Source of the DNA: Desulfobacterales bacterium
Lineage (GTDB): Bacteria; Desulfobacterota; Desulfobacteria; Desulfobacterales; JASJAZ01
Direction: 5' to 3'
NCBI GenBank assembly: GCA_030066785.1
Contig: JASJAZ010000072.1
Location: 1,066-65,065, forward strand
Length of the DNA: 64,000 nt
Positions 1-10,102 of this stretch are shown piece by piece; position 1 is the stretch's first letter; the number at the start of each line of letters is the position of its first letter. The position numbers were made by a program, and so were the translations under genes. The notes under the pieces are model-generated. The model saw only the letters and a list, made by a program, of their open reading frames with translations, had not been told where the DNA came from and made no database searches.

Positions 1-120
1 TATGACGCTAAAGATATAGATGGGGCCGCCCTTGATGCCGATTGTATTTCAATTACACCGATAAAGTGTGATATGACCGATTACCAAATGATCGAGGCCC
101 TGCGAAAGTGGAAAATATAA
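1..120 (+). CDS. surE: 3' end of 5'/3'-nucleotidase SurE (partial, runs off window start)
   Basis: Frame 1 reads YDAKDIDGAALDADCISITPIKCDMTDYQMIEALRKWKI*; D..AL....IS+TP+..D.T matches the SurE C-terminus. Not in the ORF track. Confidence 0.7.
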   Translation, partial: YDAKDIDGAALDADCISITPIKCDMTDYQMIEALRKWKI

Positions 121-287
121 ACCATATTCACCTCGTGCATTAGGGTAGAAAACCTCCCTTAAAGTTACCAAGAGCAGGTGGATTTCTCAAAATGGCACTA
201 TTCATAATGATCCAACTAATTGAGAATCTTGAAATTTGATGAACTTTTATCATTCGAAGATAAATGCAGAGGCATGCAGCGTTTGTC

Positions 288-920
288 ATGTTTATTACTT
301 TTGAAGGCATAGAAGGCGCCGGTAAAACCACGCAGATCAAACGTTTATCGATTCATCTGCAACAAAAGGGTGAAAATTGCATCATTACCCGGGAGCCGGG
401 GGGAACGGCTATCGGCGCTAAAATTCGTGCTATTTTGCTTGATCCCGCAAGCGGTGATTTGGCACCAGAGGCTGAATTATTGCTGTACCTGGCTGATCGA
501 GCCCAACACATCAAACAGGTGATTCAACCTTATTTGAAGGCCGGCAATGCGGTATTATGTGATCGTTTCTATGATGCCACGATGGTCTATCAAGGTTTTG
601 CGCGCGGTTTAAACCCAAGTTTAATTAGGCAATTGCATCAAATCATGTCAATCGATTTGCGCCCGGATATTACCCTACTTCTTGATCTTGCGCCACAGGA
701 GGGTCTTAGGCGCGCATGGGCCGAATTAAAAAAGGGGTCGCGTGTTGGATGCGAATCCCGTTTTGAAGAAGAAACCCTTGCTTTTCACGAAAAAGTTCGC
801 GCTGGATATTTGAAGTTAGCCCACCAAGAACCCCACCGCTTTTGCGTTGTTGATGCACAGGTGGATGAAGAGCAGGTTCATCAACAAATCATTCAAACAC
901 TAGATGAATGGCAAAGATAA
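288..920 (+). CDS. tmk: thymidylate kinase
   Basis: MFITFEGIEGAGKTTQ P-loop, TREPGGT, LLYLADRAQH, CDRFYDAT..YQG; likely start ATG 288 (track ORF starts at 264). Confidence 0.96.
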   Translation: MFITFEGIEGAGKTTQIKRLSIHLQQKGENCIITREPGGTAIGAKIRAILLDPASGDLAPEAELLLYLADRAQHIKQVIQPYLKAGNAVLCDRFYDATMVYQGFARGLNPSLIRQLHQIMSIDLRPDITLLLDLAPQEGLRRAWAELKKGSRVGCESRFEEETLAFHEKVRAGYLKLAHQEPHRFCVVDAQVDEEQVHQQIIQTLDEWQR

Positions 921-999
921 GGATCTTTTTGCGACAGTTTTTTCACTTTATTACAGCACCTGGTAAAGACTATGACCACCGCCCGACAGGCCGTATAAG

Positions 1000-3276
1000 A
1001 TGAACGAATCCATATTGAATTGCATCGGCAATACGCCGCTGGTTAACATTCGGCAATTGAGTCCGAATCCGAATGTAACCCTCCTTGCCAAACTTGAATA
1101 TATGAATCCGGGTGGATCTATTAAAGATCGGGTGGCCTTGGCCATGATTGAAGCCGGTGAAAAATCAGGAGAACTCACTCAAAATAAAACCGTCATCGAA
1201 GCCACTAGCGGCAATACCGGAATTGGATTGGCTCTGGTCTGTGCAGTTAAAGGTTACCGATTGTTGCTGGTCATGTCTGAGGCTGTCAGTTTAGAGCGGC
1301 GTAAAATATTAAAGGCCCGAGGCGCTGATATCCTGCTGACCCCCGGGCATTTGGGAACCGACGGTGCCATTGAAGAGGTCTATCGGATGTTGCGTGAGCA
1401 ACCGGATGCTTACTTCATTACCGATCAATTTAACAATGAGGCCAACTGGCAGGCGCATTATCATGGCACCGCGGAAGAGATCTGGCAGCAGACAAATGGC
1501 AGAGTCGATACGATCATATCCACTATGGGAACTACCGGCACACTCATGGGCCTTCAGCGGCGCTTGAAAGAATTGAATCCGAAGCTGCATATTATCGGTG
1601 TAGAACCTTATCTGGGCCATAAAATTCAAGGCCTTAAGAATATGAAAGAGGCTTATCAGCCCGAGATTTACGATAAAGATCGATTGGATTATAAAATCAA
1701 CATCGATGATGAAGACGCATTTGAAATGTCGCGTAGGTTGGCCAAAGAAGAAGGCCTATTTGTGGGTATGAGCAGTGGTGCGGCCATGGCCGTTGCCTGC
1801 AATGTGGCGCGCGATATGGAAGCGGGCCAGATTGTTGTGATTCTACCAGATGGTGGTGAACGCTACCTCAGCACTCCCCTTTTTGCTGAACGCGAAACGA
1901 TTCAACTCAAATTTTACAATACCTTGAAAAGGTGCAAAGCACCGTTTGCGCCGATTATACCCGGCAAAGTATCGATGTATTCCTGCGGCCCAACGGCCTA
2001 TGCTGAATTAAGTTTTGATGAATGCCGACGGGTTATTTTTTCTGATCTTTTAAGCCGCTACTTGAGTTACCGTGGTTTTAGCGTTCAGCATGTTATGAAC
2101 ATTACCGATTTAGACGACAATACCATTGAATGCTCGGAAAGAGCCGGTGAAGAATTAACGATTTTTACCCAGAAATATATCGATTCTTTTATGAATGATT
2201 TCAATACCCTTGGTGTCAAACCAGCCGAAATGTATCCCAAAGCCAGCGAACATGTAGATGATATGATCCAGTTGGCCAACGTGTTGGTAAAGAAAGGTTT
2301 TGCTTACGAAAAACTGCGCTCGGTCTATTTTGATATTTCCCGTTTCAAGGATTATGGACGACTTTCGGGGATCGATTTAAATAAAATTCGCTTAGGAGCT
2401 ACGGTGGATCTGGATGAATATGAAAAAGATAATCCCCGGGATTTTACACTGCTCAAACGCTGCAAGCTATCTGAATTGAAACGGGGGATATTCGCCAAGA
2501 CCGAATGGGGCAACGTACGACCGTCTTGGCATCTTCAGTGCGCCGCCATGTCAATGCGCTATTTAAGTGCGCATTTTGATATCCATACAAGTCACCGCGA
2601 ACTAATATTTCCGCATCATGAAAACGAAATAGCTATTTCAAAGGCTGCGACCGGCGAGTCTCTGGCCAACTTTTGGCTTCATTGTGACGGTGTGATGGTT
2701 GATGGAAAGCGGGGTGGCAAAAAAGAAACGCCTTATACAATCGCCTTTTTACAGGATCAAGGTTATACCGGTAAGGAAATTCGCTATTGGCTGCTTGCCA
2801 CGCATTATCGCAAACCGGTAAAGTTCTCGCTGGATCGGTTGGAATCGGCCAAACGATCCCTGAAGAGATGGCAAGCCTGTTTGCAGGCGCTTTACCGTAT
2901 TAAAGACGGCCAGCCTTATCCTGACATGGATCAGCTGCTTTATGATATAAAGAATGGATTTCTTGGAGCGCTTGATGACGACTTGAATATTTCAGCTGCG
3001 CTGGCTGCTATTTTTAAACAAATAAAAAAGATCAATACGCTGATCTCCGCAAGAAAAATCGATGATAAAGATGCACAAAAAATATTAGATGCATTTCGTT
3101 CGATTGACACGGTGCTTAATGTCCTCGAGTTTGAGCAGCCGGCAATCGATCTGGCTGTTGCGCAGCTGATTAAACAGCGCGATCAAGCGCGCCGCGCGCA
3201 AAACTGGGAACTTGCCGATAAGCTTCGCCAGCAATTGATGGCCCATGGCATTCAACTAAGGGATGAGAAAATATAA
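1000..3276 (+). CDS. cysM: fusion of PLP-dependent cysteine synthase (CysM-like, aa ~1-297) and a degenerate cysteinyl-tRNA synthetase (aa ~300-758)
   Basis: N-half: NPGGSIKDR (PLP Lys), EATSGNTG, GTTGT, GMSSGA, PDGGERYLST. C-half: FYNTL..CGPT, NITDLDD, WHLQCAAM, FPHHENE, DDDLN and an anticodon-binding tail (ADKLRQQL..GIQLRD). Confidence 0.92.
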   Translation: MNESILNCIGNTPLVNIRQLSPNPNVTLLAKLEYMNPGGSIKDRVALAMIEAGEKSGELTQNKTVIEATSGNTGIGLALVCAVKGYRLLLVMSEAVSLERRKILKARGADILLTPGHLGTDGAIEEVYRMLREQPDAYFITDQFNNEANWQAHYHGTAEEIWQQTNGRVDTIISTMGTTGTLMGLQRRLKELNPKLHIIGVEPYLGHKIQGLKNMKEAYQPEIYDKDRLDYKINIDDEDAFEMSRRLAKEEGLFVGMSSGAAMAVACNVARDMEAGQIVVILPDGGERYLSTPLFAERETIQLKFYNTLKRCKAPFAPIIPGKVSMYSCGPTAYAELSFDECRRVIFSDLLSRYLSYRGFSVQHVMNITDLDDNTIECSERAGEELTIFTQKYIDSFMNDFNTLGVKPAEMYPKASEHVDDMIQLANVLVKKGFAYEKLRSVYFDISRFKDYGRLSGIDLNKIRLGATVDLDEYEKDNPRDFTLLKRCKLSELKRGIFAKTEWGNVRPSWHLQCAAMSMRYLSAHFDIHTSHRELIFPHHENEIAISKAATGESLANFWLHCDGVMVDGKRGGKKETPYTIAFLQDQGYTGKEIRYWLLATHYRKPVKFSLDRLESAKRSLKRWQACLQALYRIKDGQPYPDMDQLLYDIKNGFLGALDDDLNISAALAAIFKQIKKINTLISARKIDDKDAQKILDAFRSIDTVLNVLEFEQPAIDLAVAQLIKQRDQARRAQNWELADKLRQQLMAHGIQLRDEKI

Positions 3277-3277
3277 A

Positions 3278-4273
3278 ATGTTACCCACGCTATTTCCCCA
3301 TACGTATATTCGCGCGGCTGATTTGGAAAAACTGCACTTGCTTTTCAATAGCGTCGTTGTTTTGCAACCGGCCCCAGCCGAACTATCGGAAGCAATGCGC
3401 AAATGGACCGATGAACAGTTTTTACAGACTAGAATCCCCATTGATAAGGACAATCAGAGGCTTGAACAAGTATTGGCCGGTTATCGATCATGGGCAGCGG
3501 AGCAGCATCTGGGAGATTTAGCCTTTTTAAAATCGCATTCGCCAGCCCCCCCCTTTAGAGATGCGTCACTGCCCTCTCAAATTCGTTCGCAAATAGCGCG
3601 TAATCTTAAAAACAGCGAGGACTCATTTAAACCCGATCGTCTTTTAAATGACAGAGTATTCTTATCCATGGCGCATAGTTTTGATCAGCAAAACGATGAC
3701 CTGAGTCAAGATTTAGGTAAGTTTTCTGTGTGGCAGCAAGAGCTTTTATCTGATTTATGCAGCACAGATGCCGTCGCCCTTCACAATTTGACCGATGCAA
3801 AAGTGACATCACACGACAATCGAGAACATTATATGATCGAGCAGCGGCTCAAAGCTTGGGCCCATCTATGGCACTATGATGCATCTCCCTCCAAGGTTTA
3901 CGTAACCACCAGCAAAGATGCGTATGCGCATTTATTTGAATATGCAACTGGGGCGCAAGAACTTATCAATTATGACCATCTGGCCATCCCTCATTATCAA
4001 GCGCCCGAATGGCAGAAATGGCAACAGCGATTTTCAAATCGTATGGTCGACTTACTGTCATGCCAATGGACGCAATCGATTGATCTTCATTTCCTTGAAA
4101 CTGATGACCTGAATCCATCAAGTGGTTTATCCATTTCAATCGGTGGATTTCCTAATAGATCACCGTTAGAAGTTTTTAATGAGATAGCTGATCTCACCAA
4201 TGCACCACAATCTTTATCCCCCGAAAATAGCCACGGCAATACATTGATCATTTATCTTGGCCCACCGAAGTGA
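3278..4273 (+). CDS. hypothetical protein, probably co-transcribed with the CysM-CysRS fusion
   Basis: Long ORF; ATG 3278 lies 1 nt after the upstream stop (alternative start 3263); no motif recognised. Confidence 0.75.
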   Translation: MLPTLFPHTYIRAADLEKLHLLFNSVVVLQPAPAELSEAMRKWTDEQFLQTRIPIDKDNQRLEQVLAGYRSWAAEQHLGDLAFLKSHSPAPPFRDASLPSQIRSQIARNLKNSEDSFKPDRLLNDRVFLSMAHSFDQQNDDLSQDLGKFSVWQQELLSDLCSTDAVALHNLTDAKVTSHDNREHYMIEQRLKAWAHLWHYDASPSKVYVTTSKDAYAHLFEYATGAQELINYDHLAIPHYQAPEWQKWQQRFSNRMVDLLSCQWTQSIDLHFLETDDLNPSSGLSISIGGFPNRSPLEVFNEIADLTNAPQSLSPENSHGNTLIIYLGPPK

Positions 4274-4570
4274 GTTCCTGCAGACCGGCCTTTGAATTTC
4301 ATTCATAAAAATAGCGAATCCCATATTATGCTGCGGTTGCATTAATGCACCATTATATACTTGCCAACGTTTTACCATTGATGAAATTTTAGTTAATAAT
4401 AATAGGTTGTTATAATGTTGATTGTATCTCCAAGTTACTTTTATGAAAAAAAATGTTGAAGCCTTGACTCGCCTTGTTAATTAGTATATGGAGTTTTTTT
4501 CCGAATGTTGGAATGAATCAGGTGATAGCAATCACTTTATGTTATTATTTTAAGAAAGGAGGCTTTATAA

Positions 4571-4759
4571 ATGGCTTTTATCCCGACCGTCGATCAAGAG
4601 AAATGCGAAGGCTGCGAAGAATGTGTTGATGTTTGCCCCGTTGAAGTATTTGAAATGGAAGATGGCAAATCAGTACCGGTTAATGCCGATGAATGCCTTG
4701 GCTGTGAAAGTTGTGTAGAAGTTTGCGAACCCGGCGCAATTACCATCGAGGAAACCTAA
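4571..4759 (+). CDS. 2x[4Fe-4S] ferredoxin
   Basis: CEGCEECVDVCP and CLGCESCVEVCE motifs, very acidic 62 aa, strong AAGGAGG RBS. Confidence 0.96.
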   Translation: MAFIPTVDQEKCEGCEECVDVCPVEVFEMEDGKSVPVNADECLGCESCVEVCEPGAITIEET

Positions 4760-4773
4760 ATATTTATATTTAC

Positions 4774-4807
4774 GTTCCTTCTGTTCCAAATGCGGAGCAG
4801 AAGGAAC
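4774..4807 (+). terminator. stem-loop after the ferredoxin gene, probable terminator or stabiliser
   Basis: gttccttctgttcc-aaatgc-ggagcagaaggaac: 14-bp stem with one G-U pair; weak U tail. Confidence 0.6.
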
Positions 4808-5031
4808 TATTCTCCCGACCTTTTCCTTCCTCTATTAGCATGATTTCCCAATAAAAACTCTAAAATCTAGCCGATTCAGCGATCCATCAATATGATGTTA
4901 TTCTCGATTTATCATATGGTGTATGATGGGTTGTAGCAGTTTCAAATCCCTCTCTGTAGTAATGTGGGCACTCATCCATTAAACCATATACAGCTTGCCT
5001 CTGCCAATATTCTATGATAGCTTCACAGCCC

Positions 5032-5364
5032 ATGAAGCAGTATGTGGTTGATGAGTTAAGACTTGAGGATTATGATAGAATCAAAGATTTTTTAGATGAG
5101 CATTTGGAATCCTCACAAATTGATGGCATCTATTGGTTGCCACTCGATCCGACAATTCTATCCGAGGATCAGATATCCCATACCGATTGCCAGCCTTTTT
5201 ACTTTGCCCTCGATTTAGAACCAGATAAACTAACTTGTGAATTTTTGGTGCGAACAAAAAAAAGGGTTCGATGTAGTTGTATGGGGTATGCCGATCCAGA
5301 ACAATGTCATTGGTTGATGCAATACGTTGATCGTATATTTAGAACTTTGCAGATTAAAATTTAG
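5032..5364 (+). CDS. hypothetical protein (Cys-containing)
   Basis: MKQYVVDELR...YWLPL...HTDCQPFYFALDL...RCSCMGYA; protein-like composition. Track start is 5014. Confidence 0.75.
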   Translation: MKQYVVDELRLEDYDRIKDFLDEHLESSQIDGIYWLPLDPTILSEDQISHTDCQPFYFALDLEPDKLTCEFLVRTKKRVRCSCMGYADPEQCHWLMQYVDRIFRTLQIKI

Positions 5365-5453
5365 CAGCCCACCGCTCAAAAACCATGTTTCCCAATATTG
5401 TTCATGGCATAGAAATGATGCCGGCAGGCGAAATCAAAATGCACAAGCTATAA

Positions 5454-6200
5454 ATGCAATCAGATTTTATCTATAGGCTATACACGTATTTTGTTATAGT
5501 GTGGGTTATACTTCTCACACTTATTTTTGGGATGGCGGCCATCATATTATCTTTTTTTAGCAAAACCGGTAATCTGCCACACTTGGCGGCCAGGATGTGG
5601 GGACGGTTGATTCTTTGGGGTAGCGGCATCAAGGTGTCGGTCAAAGGCGCTGCCAACATTGTGCCCAATCGTTCAGCCATATACATGTGTAATCATCAGA
5701 GCAATTTTGACATTCCCGTGCTGCTGGCCTTTTTACCGGTACAATTTCGCTGGCTGGCTAAAGCCGAATTATTCAGAATTCCGATTTTCGGTCGGGGTAT
5801 GCGCGGTTGCGGTTATATCAGCATTGATCGCTCGAATCGGCCATCTGCATTTGAAAGTTTAGCCCTTGCCGCTCGAAAAATTCAATCCGGCGTTTCGGTA
5901 CTCATCTTTCCCGAGGGTACGCGAAGCTCAGATGGCTGTATCAGGCCTTTTAAAAAAGGCGGATTTGTAATGGCGCTCAATGCCAAGGCGCCAGTGTTGC
6001 CGGTCATTATTAATGGTACGTGGGACATTATGTCCAAAAGCAAGCTATTGATTAAACCGGGCCGCGTTCAACTAGAAATTAAAGAGCCTATTGAGACCAT
6101 AACATATTCGCGTGATAGACTAGAAGAATTAATGCATAACGTCCGAACGGTGATTGAATCATCCTACAATCGGGGAAAACGCTTATCAAAACAATGTTAA
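5454..6200 (+). CDS. plsC: 1-acyl-sn-glycerol-3-phosphate acyltransferase
   Basis: NHQSNFD and FPEGTRS motifs, N-terminal TM segment. Confidence 0.92.
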   Translation: MQSDFIYRLYTYFVIVWVILLTLIFGMAAIILSFFSKTGNLPHLAARMWGRLILWGSGIKVSVKGAANIVPNRSAIYMCNHQSNFDIPVLLAFLPVQFRWLAKAELFRIPIFGRGMRGCGYISIDRSNRPSAFESLALAARKIQSGVSVLIFPEGTRSSDGCIRPFKKGGFVMALNAKAPVLPVIINGTWDIMSKSKLLIKPGRVQLEIKEPIETITYSRDRLEELMHNVRTVIESSYNRGKRLSKQC

Positions 6201-7843
6201 AAGTGATACCGCTGGGAGGCTTGGGTGAGATCGGCCTCAATATGATGGTTTTTGAATATGAGAACACGATTTTTGTAATCGATGCCGGACTCATGTTTCC
6301 GGAAGATCATATGCTGGGAGTCGACTGCGCCATTCCGGACATGAACTATCTTTTTCAAAATAAGTCTAAAGTTACCTGCGTTGTTTTAACTCATGCACAT
6401 GAAGATCATATTGGTGCGTTGCCTTACTTGATTAAAGAATTGAATGTACCGATTTTTGGAACGCCGTTTACCCTTGAAATGGTTCGCTGCAAGCTGGAAG
6501 AGCGCGACCTGGCCGAATCAGTGAAATTGCACCCGATTTCTCCCGAAGAAACGTTGAAGATTGGGCCGTTTGAACTCGAATTTTTTCGTGTGAGCCACAG
6601 CGTGGTGGATGGTGTTGGCATAGCGGTGCGTTCACCGGTGGGCTTGCTGATTCATACGGGCGATTTCAAAATTAACCATTCGGCGATGGATGGTTATTTG
6701 ACCGACGTGAACCGCCTCGCGCGTTATGGTGAAGAGGGGGTCGTCGCCCTTTTTTCAGATTCAACGAATGTTGAAAAAGAGGGCTATACAATTTCCGATG
6801 AAGAGATCGGCAAAACCCTCGCGCGCATTACGGAAGAATGCCAGGGGCGAATTATCGTGGCGCTTTTTGCTTCCAGCATTTACCGAATTCAGCAAATAAT
6901 TAACATTGCCAAGGCCAGGAATAAAAAAGTAGTATTTAGCGGTCGCAGCATTGAAAGCAGTGTCCAAGCCGCCAAAAAGTTGGGTTATTTACGTTTTACC
7001 GATGACATTACGATCGATATTCAGGAGGTTTCCCAATACGCCGATGATGATATCATTATTATAACGACCGGCAGTCAAGGTGAACCGATGTCAGCCTTAG
7101 CCCGCATGGCCGAAGGCTCCCATAAACAAATTAAAATTAAAACTGGCGACTTGGTGATTTTGTCATCAAAATTTATCCCCGGCAATGAAAAGGCCATCAC
7201 AAACATCATTAACAAACTTTACCGGCGCGGAGCGGATGTGATCTACGAGAAAATATCTGCTATTCATGTTTCGGGACACGCCTTTCAGGAAGAACTAAAA
7301 CTGATGATTAATTTGACCAAACCTGAATATTTCATTCCGATTCATGGAGAATACCGACACCTGCATTTACATAAACGTTTAGCTGAAAAGGTTGGCATTG
7401 AACCTCAGCATATATTGCTGGCCGAAAATGGTCGGGTTTTGAGATTTTCTAAAACCGGTGCATCTGTTGAGGAGCATGTGCACACGGGAAGAGTGCTTAT
7501 CGATGGGAAGGGCGTTGGTGATGTTGGGCGAAGCGTTCTTAAAGAACGGCGACTGCTTTCGGAAGACGGCCTGGTGGTTGTCAACATGGCGTTTGATGAA
7601 GAGACCGGCATTATTGTTTATGGTCCGGAACTCGTTTCGCGGGGCTTTGTATTTCCCACCGAGACCGGTCATCTGCTAGAGGATGCCAAGTGTATTATCT
7701 TAGAAATCGTTGAGGAACTGGGACCGGAAGAACCGAACCGCATCGATCGAATTCGTGGGCGGCTGCAAACCTCGCTAAAACAGTATTTTAATTTTGCCAT
7801 TAAGCGCAAGCCGGTGATCCTTCCATTTATATTGGAAGTATAA
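6194..7843 (+). CDS. rnj: ribonuclease J
   Basis: PLGGLGEIGLN, THAHEDHIG, HTGDFK, TGSQGEP, HVSGH, PIHGEYRH. Confidence 0.96.
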   Translation: MLKVIPLGGLGEIGLNMMVFEYENTIFVIDAGLMFPEDHMLGVDCAIPDMNYLFQNKSKVTCVVLTHAHEDHIGALPYLIKELNVPIFGTPFTLEMVRCKLEERDLAESVKLHPISPEETLKIGPFELEFFRVSHSVVDGVGIAVRSPVGLLIHTGDFKINHSAMDGYLTDVNRLARYGEEGVVALFSDSTNVEKEGYTISDEEIGKTLARITEECQGRIIVALFASSIYRIQQIINIAKARNKKVVFSGRSIESSVQAAKKLGYLRFTDDITIDIQEVSQYADDDIIIITTGSQGEPMSALARMAEGSHKQIKIKTGDLVILSSKFIPGNEKAITNIINKLYRRGADVIYEKISAIHVSGHAFQEELKLMINLTKPEYFIPIHGEYRHLHLHKRLAEKVGIEPQHILLAENGRVLRFSKTGASVEEHVHTGRVLIDGKGVGDVGRSVLKERRLLSEDGLVVVNMAFDEETGIIVYGPELVSRGFVFPTETGHLLEDAKCIILEIVEELGPEEPNRIDRIRGRLQTSLKQYFNFAIKRKPVILPFILEV

Positions 7844-7904
7844 GAGGATTTATTCCGCAAGCGGCGTTCATTAAAATACAAGAACTGAGGGTAGAAAAGC
7901 GTTT

Positions 7905-10043
7905 ATGCGTAAAGAAATTATCGGACTTTCACTCTTTTTTCTGGTGATTTTTAGCCTTATTAGCCTTTTATCGTACGATCCTGCTGATCCCTCAATTCAC
8001 AACGCCAAAGCTGCGGGTGACGTTTATAATGCATTCGGATTATTGGGCGCGCACATGGCCGGCTTTCTCATCGGGTTGTTCGGTTTAGGAGCCTTTTGGA
8101 TACCGGCTATTTTCCTGTTGGCCAGCATTCAATTCTTCAGGGGGCGCAGTGGTAACGAAATTTTATTGACATTATCTGGTGGATTAATTTTGGCGATCAC
8201 CACCGGCAGCTTATTGGCATTCAAACAAAAACAGTACCTTCTTTTCGGTGCATCCTTTTCCTCCGGGGGGATTATCGGGATTCCACTGAAGGCCTTTTTG
8301 ACGCGCTACACCAATCCCACCGGTGGCATTATCATCCTCTTGCTTCTCTGGGTTATCGGCCTGATTCTCGCTACAGGATTCTCAATTATGACTTTTCTGG
8401 AGCACTGCCAGCGATTTATGCTGCTGATCAGCGATCGTATTCAGACCGTGACCATTAAATGGGTGGAACGCAGACGTAAAGCGCGAAAACGCACTAAAGT
8501 ATTAAAATCCCAAGTTAAAAAGCGCAAACCGCCGGTTAAAATCAAAGCGCGCGAATCGGTTCCCATTAAGGACACGCCTGCGCCCAAGCAAGAGGTCTTT
8601 GGTTTTATGCAAAACGGTAAGCGTTTTCAGCTACCCTCGGCCAATTTTCTGGATGAGCCAGACACTCCTTCGGTTATGGTGGATGATAAGAATTTATCCA
8701 TGCAATCCAAACTCTTGGAAAAGAAGCTAGAGGATTTTGGCGTTCAGGGCGAGGTGCAATCGGTCATTCCCGGACCCGTCATTACCACTTTTGAATATAA
8801 ACCTGCTTCCGGAGTTAAGATTAATAAAATTGTTAATCTCGTCGATGATTTGGCGCTGACCTTGCGGGCTACGAGCATCCGTGTGGTTGCACCAATTCCA
8901 GGCAAAGCCGCCATCGGTGTTGAAATTCCCAACTCAAACCGTGAAATTGTGCGGTTTAAAGAAATTGTGATTTCAAAGGCGTTTGAGAAATCTAAATCCA
9001 ACCTGACCATTTGCTTGGGTAAAGATATCGTTGGTAATCCGATTGTGGCGGAACTAGATAAAATGCCGCACTTGCTTATCGCAGGCGCCACCGGATCGGG
9101 CAAGAGCGTGGCGCTTAATACGATGATCTGCAGCTTTTTGTACAAATCCAGTCCGGATGCCGTTAAGATCATCATGATCGATCCTAAGCGAATAGAACTC
9201 TCTATTTATGACGGTATCCCGCATCTCATCACGCCTGTGGTTACGGATGTTAAAAAAGCAACCAATGCCCTGTTTTGGGCCGTGCGCGAAATGGAGCGTC
9301 GGTATGAAGTCCTGTCAGAGATGCAGACCCGCAATATCGATCAGTATAATCTCAAAATTACGAAAGCCATTAAAGGCCATCAAACCGATCAACCACAAAA
9401 ACTGCCTTATATTGTTATCGTGATCGATGAATTGGCCGATTTGATGATGGTGGCATCGCGTGATGTGGAAGTGGCTCTGACTCGGCTGGCACAAATGGCG
9501 CGGGCGGCTGGCATCCATTTAATTCTTGCCACGCAAAGACCTTCAGTTGATGTGCTAACCGGTATTATTAAAGCTAACTTTCCAACACGGCTTTCTTTTC
9601 AAGTGTCTTCCAAGACCGATTCGCGGACCATCATTGACACTAACGGCGCTGAGAATTTACTCGGCAACGGGGATATGCTGTTTCTACCGCCAGGAGCTGC
9701 CAAAATCCAGCGAGTACACGGCGCCTTCATATCCGAGGTTGAAATTGCTCGGATTACTAAATTTTTGAAAGACCAAGAAACGCCACAATACAACAATGAG
9801 GTGCTTGAGGCCCGCAAAGAAGCAAAAGAATCCGCGGACGATGTAGAATACGATGAGAAATATGATGAAGCCGTCGCCTTGGTAACTAAAACGGGTCATG
9901 CATCAATATCTATGATCCAGCGGCATCTTCGAATCGGTTACAATCGTGCCGCCCGCATCATCGAAGTGATGGAAAAAGAAGGGATTGTCGGGCCTTCCGA
10001 TGGCGCTAAACCGCGGGAAGTGCTAGTTCGTGGATATGAATAA
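7905..10043 (+). CDS. ftsK: DNA translocase FtsK
   Basis: N-terminal TM domain, PHLLIAGATGSGKS, IDELADLM, ATQRPS, gamma domain QRHLRIGYNRAARI. Confidence 0.96.
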   Translation: MRKEIIGLSLFFLVIFSLISLLSYDPADPSIHNAKAAGDVYNAFGLLGAHMAGFLIGLFGLGAFWIPAIFLLASIQFFRGRSGNEILLTLSGGLILAITTGSLLAFKQKQYLLFGASFSSGGIIGIPLKAFLTRYTNPTGGIIILLLLWVIGLILATGFSIMTFLEHCQRFMLLISDRIQTVTIKWVERRRKARKRTKVLKSQVKKRKPPVKIKARESVPIKDTPAPKQEVFGFMQNGKRFQLPSANFLDEPDTPSVMVDDKNLSMQSKLLEKKLEDFGVQGEVQSVIPGPVITTFEYKPASGVKINKIVNLVDDLALTLRATSIRVVAPIPGKAAIGVEIPNSNREIVRFKEIVISKAFEKSKSNLTICLGKDIVGNPIVAELDKMPHLLIAGATGSGKSVALNTMICSFLYKSSPDAVKIIMIDPKRIELSIYDGIPHLITPVVTDVKKATNALFWAVREMERRYEVLSEMQTRNIDQYNLKITKAIKGHQTDQPQKLPYIVIVIDELADLMMVASRDVEVALTRLAQMARAAGIHLILATQRPSVDVLTGIIKANFPTRLSFQVSSKTDSRTIIDTNGAENLLGNGDMLFLPPGAAKIQRVHGAFISEVEIARITKFLKDQETPQYNNEVLEARKEAKESADDVEYDEKYDEAVALVTKTGHASISMIQRHLRIGYNRAARIIEVMEKEGIVGPSDGAKPREVLVRGYE

Positions 10044-10102
10044 ATTGCAGCTAGGAATCGCCTATGCTCCAAGCAACACGATTCTGATTAACGCAAATTA
10101 AC

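Noticed and set aside
4932-4946. tgtagcagtttcaaa resembling tgtagtagtttcaaa at about 18490 (IS end, or tRNA T-arm remnant)
   Set aside because: A 15-mer with one mismatch in AT-rich DNA is plausible by chance; no transposase or cloverleaf nearby.
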